64,000 nt of DNA from Yuukianura sp. NJ FZ-2021 (lineage: Eukaryota): positions 11,036,001 through 11,100,000 of the forward strand of contig CM102290.1 in NCBI GenBank assembly GCA_046563655.1, in the 5' to 3' direction. The notes beneath the pieces are model-generated. The model saw only the letters and a program-made list of their open reading frames with translations, was not told the DNA's origin and ran no database searches. How positions within the stretch are numbered: position 1 is the first letter of the stretch; every line of letters starts with the position of its first letter. Positions 51,801-64,000 of this stretch are shown one piece after another. A program made the translations under genes and the position numbers.

Positions 51801-53137
51801 AAACGCATACGTAAACGCACATGTAAACGCATTACGTAAACGCATACGTAAACGCATATGTAAACGCATATGTACAACGCATATGTAAACGCACATGTAA
51901 ACGCATACGTAAACGCACATGTAAACGCATACGTAAACGCATATGTAAACGCATTACGTAAACGCATATGTAAACGCATTACGTAAACGCACATGTAAAC
52001 GCATTACGTAAACGCATATGTAAACGCATATGTAAACGCATTACGTAAACGCATATGCTAAACGCACATGTAAACGCATACGTAAACGCATATGTAAACG
52101 CATTACGTAAACGCACATGTAAACGCATACGTAAACGCATACGTAAACGCATATGTAAACGCATACGTAAACGCACATGTAAACGCATATGTAAACGCAT
52201 ATGTAAACGACATGTAAACGCATTACGTAAACGCATTACATGTAAACGCATACGTAAACGCATATGTAAACGCATACGTAAACGCATATGTAAACGCATA
52301 CGTAAACGCATATGTAAACGCATACGTAAACGCATATGTAAACGCATATGTAAACGCATTACGTAAACGCACATGTAAACGCATGTAAACGCATATGTAA
52401 ACGCATACGTAAACGCATATGTAAACGCATACGTAAACGCATATGTAAACGCATGTAAACGCATATGGGCGCATGTAAACGCATATGTAAACGCATACGT
52501 AAACGCATACAAACGCATTAAGTAAACGTAAACGCATATGTAAACGCATACGTAAACGCATATGTAACGCATACGTAAAACGCACATGTAAACGCATATG
52601 TAAACGCATTACGTAAAACGCATGTAAACGCACATGTAAACGCATATGTAAACGACATGTAAACGCATACGTAAACGCATATGTAAACGCATACGTAAAC
52701 GCATACGTAAACGCACAAACGCATATGTAAACGCATTACGTAAACGCATACGTAAACGCATATGTAAACGCATACGTAAACGCATATGTAAACGCAATGT
52801 AAACGCATACGTAAACGCATTACGTAAACGCATACGTGTAAATGCATATGTAAATGCATATGTAAATGCATATGTAAATGCATATGTAAATGCATATGTA
52901 AATGCATATGTAAACGCATATGTAAACGCATATGTAAATGCATATGTAAATGCATATGTAAATGCATATAAATGCATATGTAAATGCATATGTAAATGCA
53001 TATGTAAATGCATATGTAAATGCATATGTAAATGCATATGTAAATGCATATGTAAATGCATATGTAAATGCATATGTAAATGCATATGTAAATGCATATG
53101 TAAATGCATATGTAAATGCATACAAAATGCATATGTA
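45862..53137. repeat. 12-bp satellite (GCATATGTAAAT)n. About 352 near-perfect copies to ~50086, then a heterogeneous CpG-containing domain (GCAYAYGTAAAC) to ~52840, then the T-type again up to the gap
   Basis: Directly visible; explains the long AYVN/HMHL/YAFT ORFs. Confidence 0.98.
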
Positions 53138-53237
53138 NNNNNNNNNNNNNNNNNNNNNNNNNNNNNNNNNNNNNNNNNNNNNNNNNNNNNNNNNNNNNNN
53201 NNNNNNNNNNNNNNNNNNNNNNNNNNNNNNNNNNNNN
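53138..53237. other. Assembly gap (100 N)
   Basis: Run of exactly 100 N. Confidence 1.
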
Positions 53238-53500
53238 ACGCTAGAAAGCGACTGGGAAGCACAACTTACTTATTCCTCTGGCCCACAACGCCCCACGTTA
53301 GGTAACTGGACATCCAAGCACGCTTATTTGCGTACGAGCATTCCTGTCACGTTGAGCGCAATTAACCTGGACAGTTATATTTGAACATACGATGCTACGT
53401 TTAGTATAGCTCTGTACATTATCATAGTACAGTCCATAAGTCACCGGCCATAAGCGTCCCGGGATGCCGACGACCGCCTCCTCCAACTTTTTCAAGTGCA

Positions 53501-54486
53501 TCAAACCAGTCTTTTTGGCTTCAGGTCAACTTTTCCTTTGACTTCTTCTTTCTCGGGACTTTTCCTGGTGGTGGTAGTAGTAGTGGTGTACTCTTCCGTT
53601 GGTGGCTTCACTGTCTTAATCAGTCTGTGTCGAGAAACTGTGAAGTGACAGTCAAAATGTGTTTGTGAAAGGCGAAACCTTTGCTCAAAATTTGGAATTT
53701 TTGTTCTTCTTGCAAAGAAGAAACAAGCAAGTTCAATTTCGGCTTGGGCTGTCTACTCCCTTGAGGCATTCCTTCCGAAACCGGTGCCATCACAGCGCAT
53801 CGGTTTCACCAACAAAACTTTTCAAAAATCCAAACCTTCTCAACAAATTTCCCTTCAAAACTTTCACTTTTTGTGGATTTGAGTTCTCGCGGCAAGAGTT
53901 CCTAAGTGAATTTGAAGATTTTGACTTTGGCGGTGAACTTTTCAGGGTTCACGCAGGTCACATGGACGTAAGTTCACGGTTTGCTCATAGGTTAAGTTAG
54001 ACTTTCCTTTGCAGCGGCGCCCTCAAACTTTTTCTTCACTTGTTGGTACAAAGTAGTCGCTAGAAAACTAACTTCTCGTAAGCTAAGGAAAAAGTATGCG
54101 AAAAAGTATTTTGTTTTTAGAAATGTTTCTGGTTGTTTTTTAAATGAAAATGAGACGGAAGTGGATGAAGCTGATGATCTTGGAAAAGTTGAAGCTTTCC
54201 AATACGACCAACAGATCTTATTCTTGGGTGGATCTTAAGATCAAACGGGTGGCAGAAATAGAACTTGGTTTCGCACTGTGTCTACCGCTGAGGCATTACA
54301 GAGGCAACTTTTGAGGCACAAGATCCCGGTTCTTTTTGGATCTTTCTTTTTTGCTTCTTCTATGTCATGAACCCTAAAATCTATTTCAGATTGGCAACCG
54401 AATGTCGAATGAAACTTGAAAAAAATGTAAAAAGTACTCAAACATGGCATAGTAGGAGCAACAGCGTCAGCGTTATCGTCAGACAT
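53501..54486 (-). CDS. Possible small minus-strand gene, unresolved; candidate terminal exon 53637-53501 (SRHRLIKTVKPPTEEYTTTTTTTRKSPEKEEVKGKVDLKPKRLV*)
   Basis: Coding-like segments after cacag/tttag acceptors, but no consistent phase chain could be built. Confidence 0.25.
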
Positions 54487-56944
54487 AATCCAAAAATGAG
54501 TTCAAAAAACCAAAAAGTTTCTGTGCCTTTTATATCGGCCGCTTATTTTCACTAAAAAGTTCTCACTTCGCCTACTCTATTCTTTCGCCATTGGCTCAAT
54601 TCCGGAATCACTGAAAGTCACACTCCTCATACTTTGAAAGTCAAAAGTCAACATTTTGAAGTAAAATTTTCCAAAATATGAGTGTATTTTGTTTGATTTA
54701 AAAAAAAGTGAAAACGTAGTAAAGTGTGAACAAAAGCATTGACATAAAAGTCCTTGTCTTCTTTCCTTTGAAGAATCCAAATGAGTTACAGAAATGTATG
54801 AAACTTACAAACTTTGATTCATACAAAAGCAACAGCGTAAAAATAACGCCATTGGGCGAAAACGAAGTTGGACAGCTTTGTTCATCTAGAAAAAAAAATC
54901 CAAATCCGCTAAATACTCAATGTGAAAAACATGTTTTTGCAAAAGCCGGAGGAAGAGTGTTAGGTGTAACCATTTTATTTGCGTTCTCAACACAAACATC
55001 TTTTTAATGAAAAAAAAACTCACGCATTATGCCATTTGCCTGCTTATAATTGATTAATGTTGCAATGGTGTGCAAACACATTTCGTCAGAACATAAATAT
55101 GTCTGGTTTACTTCAACCAAAGTTATATCTAAAACTAATCTAGGTGGTTGGATAAAACTTTTTTTTACCGAAATATCAACATGTCAGTTTTACTTCATCC
55201 ATAAAGTAAAATACAAATTTTTGGCAAAACACAACCCTCCCAATTATTAAAAGTTTACGGGAATAAAATTTTCCACGTTTTTTTTCCGGGGTTGTATTTT
55301 ATAAAGACTTGATTTTTGGAAAAAAAATTGGAATACGGAGCGGATTTTCTTTTTAATTTGGAGGGAAACCATAAGGTTATTTTGGAAAGGTGAAAGTGAA
55401 AGGTAGGCGAGAGGAGGCTTAAATTGTGAAGTTCTTAAGATTAGTTCTGATTCTTACAATTTGAAATAGGATGATGATGAGCTTTCATTCAGCTTTTGAT
55501 CCTCCAGAGGATACAAAGATGATCCTTTTTCTATTTGAGTTCAACCCATAGTTATATGCATCCAAAGATAGAGAATGACAGTAGGAACTGGGAAGTATCT
55601 TATTCATCTTCCAGGAAGTAGAAGAAAGCTCTCTTGTCATCTTAAGGAACCAACCCATTTGGTCCAACCCTTCGTCCAGTCACAGGAAATTAAAAATGGG
55701 AAATTACTACTGTGCTCTACGTTCCTTCTGGGCAGATTTTGTTGCCGTATTAAGTTTCAATGACTGTGCAACCTGTTGCTTCTTTTTTACCAATAGTTTT
55801 CATCCGCCTTGTGTTAAGGAACCTTACAGCTTTTACAGGCCTCCTAAAAATGCTAGTCTCGAAACCAGGGTTCGCCAGACTTCTATTGACTGCCCAAATG
55901 GGTACTGAACGTTTTTGAGAGCTGCATCACCAAAGCACAACTGTTTAGAAAAAAGTATCAAAACTACTTTAGAACGAAATATAAAAACCAACACAAACAA
56001 AAACATGTAAGCAAACAAAAAGGAACATGATTCACTTCAGAGTGAGGTTCAGGATTTGTTTCAATTGTTTAGTCTAGAACAAACTTTAGAGTGAGTTAAG
56101 TTAGGGTCTCGTGATTGGCGAAAAGTTGTGTTGGAGGCTACTTGACATCTTTTGGTTCGTAAAGCCTCTTCAAATCCATTTTTTTGGAAAATTATGAGAA
56201 GTCGAGGTCACTAATGCTGTTTTTGTAAAAGCTAAAACTGATTTTGCCCACTACTTTCTCTGGACTTTTCGTATAGACGTGCTGGAAAACTGGCGGAGAA
56301 AGCATCTTTTCTTCCTGTCACCTCAACACACACTTTCACATCCTAAAAGTCAGGCAGTAGGTAACTCCCAGTCGGCACGTACACACTCAAATCCAGGATC
56401 AGAAAGCACAAAAGCAAGAAGAAGCATTCAGGATCATTAGCATCACCAGGTCAAAGGTCATTCCACTCCCAATGAAATTCAAAACTCCAAGGCTCCTTGA
56501 CAACCAAATTGTATTTCCTACAACAGGTTGTCCAATATTCAGGGTTTTCAAACATCTTTCTTCGAACAACCTTTACCAGTAATTCAGCACCACTTTCATT
56601 TACATTACATCAAAAAAATTACCACAAAAAAAACAGATTTGCTATTTTCAAACAAATTTTAAAACCCCGAGTTGTTGGGGAACCTGGTGTAAAGAAAAGT
56701 TTCTTTTGTTTACGAACCTTGCAAAATTAGTAATTGGAAGACGCAATACGATTTGTCACACAGCCCGGGATGTCCAATCCAGATGGACTAGTCTGCCACT
56801 TATCAAACCTAATCACTTTGATTACAATAGACACAAAAGCGCTTTTCGCTGTTCTGGTTCAGGCAAAGCTAACCTCTCTCTCTGAGGGGAAAGTTGGTGA
56901 GTGAAAGTTCAAGTGGTTCAGGCGTTAGCCAATCAGAAAGAAAG

Positions 56945-62578
<5,634 letters not shown>

Positions 62579-62911
62579 GTAAGTTTTATTTCCATTGTTT
62601 TCAACATTCCACAAGTATTTTTGTTTTCTGCGACTCTTCTTGTAAAAAAAAAAACTTGAATTTCCAATTTTTCAAATTGAACTGTAAAGTTGTCTACTTT
62701 TTTTAAAAAAGCAATCCAAAGTTGAACTATCAAGAAGCGCCATTTGAAACTAGGTTTGGTGAAAACTATTATGATAAAATTTACCAAATCATTTGCTTTA
62801 TTGACAGCATTTTTGTTATTCGTTTGGTATTGTACCAATGCGTACATTAGGAAGCCATAATGTTAGGCTAAGTTTAGACTTTTAACGTTTAGTTGCTAGC
62901 TGTCCAGAAGT

Positions 62912-64000
62912 TTACCGCTGTCTCCAAAGGATAATGGGATCCTTAGTTCTCAAGAAGTATTTACGCTTCTTAGGAGTAAGTTTTTGCTTACGTTTCTTCC
63001 TCTCAAACGCCTCTCTGTAGTAAGCCATTCGGACTTCTCGATCCTCATCTACCGACGGAGCTGACTCCGAAGACGAAGACGAACCAGTCCGTCGTCCCAC
63101 GAAGTCGTACACCATTTTCCGTTTCTTCCTTCGCATCATCAGTTCCTGTCGTTCCATTTCGTCTCGATATGCAACAGCTTCGGCTCCAAGACGTGCCAGT
63201 TCCTCAGCAGCATCTGCCTCCATTCGTTCACGGTAAACTTCTTCCTTCAGTTTCCGATGTGGATCCATTTCCATCATTTCCATCATTTGCTGAACAGTTT
63301 CTTCTTCCTTTTGAAGACGCGTCTTTTCATAGCGCTCGCCACCATCCAGCAGTGGCACGGCGGCCCACAACTCCGCATCCAGTTCCATATCTGACAAACT
63401 TTCGTCCAGCAGTTCCACCATTTCGTCATCCGGTTCAACGTAGGTCTCGTACGGCTCCAGCAGATTCCGTACCTCTTCGGGTTCACTCTCACTGCTATGT
63501 CGACGGAACAGGAGCGGAACGCGGTAGAAAACGTCGCGGTAGATTTCGTTGTAGGCGTCTTTGTCGTTAAAGCGAATGCGCTCTCTCCACGTGACCATCC
63601 AAGTAATGATGACTTTGCGACCGTAAACGTTTACTGATGGGTAGAGTTTTGGAAGGCCCCAGAGGATAGGCGTTCCCATGAGAAGCCCAAGGCAGAAGAA
63701 GTAGATCGTATGAAGAGCGAAGACAAGGCAGAAAAAAACGAGCCAAATAAGAATGGCGCAGCGAATGTAGTCGTAGTGTGAATCAGCATGGATTATCTTG
63801 TGGTACTTGATTACTGCGGCGTCCTCTTCCAGCTGAAGTCGGTTCCAGAAGTCAAAGTCATTGAGGTATATGGACCATTCCGACCAGTCCAACCCGGAAA
63901 CATAAAATCCTGGATTACTAGGGTCATCGGGTTCATCTATAAGTAGTTCCTGCAGAGACAGATCTCGTGTTACGAAGCACGTTTGGAAGTCCTGGAAGAC
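62912..64000 (-). CDS. Nested antisense intronless ORF (at least 362 aa, open to the window edge); predicted membrane protein with an acidic coiled-coil and a basic tail
   Basis: The frame stays open from 64000 (VFQDFQTCFVTRDLSLQELL...) to the stop at 62912-62914. It has a hydrophobic segment AILIWLVFFCLVFALHTIYFFCLGLLMG and higher GC than the flanking intron. Confidence 0.75.
   Translation of the reverse strand, partial: VFQDFQTCFVTRDLSLQELLIDEPDDPSNPGFYVSGLDWSEWSIYLNDFDFWNRLQLEEDAAVIKYHKIIHADSHYDYIRCAILIWLVFFCLVFALHTIYFFCLGLLMGTPILWGLPKLYPSVNVYGRKVIITWMVTWRERIRFNDKDAYNEIYRDVFYRVPLLFRRHSSESEPEEVRNLLEPYETYVEPDDEMVELLDESLSDMELDAELWAAVPLLDGGERYEKTRLQKEEETVQQMMEMMEMDPHRKLKEEVYRERMEADAAEELARLGAEAVAYRDEMERQELMMRRKKRKMVYDFVGRRTGSSSSSESAPSVDEDREVRMAYYREAFERKKRKQKLTPKKRKYFLRTKDPIILWRQR

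Noticed and set aside
45786..53262. Very long ORFs (1465, 1441 and 1425 aa, and others) of AYVN/YAFT/HMHL repeats
   Set aside because: By-products of a stop-free 12-bp satellite; open on both strands with no coding complexity.
54527..54535. TATA box on the minus strand for the putative small gene
   Set aside because: The downstream gene model could not be resolved and spacing to the Inr-like motif is atypical.

Overview
Eukaryotic, AT-rich, intron-containing DNA. The protein sequences point to an arthropod (hexapod or crustacean), but the species cannot be determined. Contents: (1) the 3' two-thirds of a plexin B-type semaphorin receptor gene on +, 1516-37125, with 21 coding exons reconstructed in consistent GT-AG phase; (2) a 5-exon gene for a secreted ~410-aa protein (38631-44596, +) with a Der p 7/TULIP-like C-terminal region, whose first intron is filled by ~13 copies of a 318-bp foldback satellite; (3) a 7.3-kb 12-bp satellite ending at a 100-N assembly gap; (4) the 5' part (repeats I-II) of an L-type voltage-gated Ca2+ channel alpha1 gene on +, with an intronless antisense ORF nested in one intron. 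The best candidate for new biology is programmed stop-codon readthrough of plexin B. Its UGA-C stop is followed by an intron 7 nt later, then a phase-matched exon giving a 74-codon extension. A long-range 13+8 bp RNA stem starts 8 nt after the UGA, but only in the spliced mRNA. Other notable items are a Tyr-rich duplicated cassette exon in the plexin RBD region and clustered ecdysone-response-like elements in the Ca-channel introns. All calls were made by eye, without database searches.
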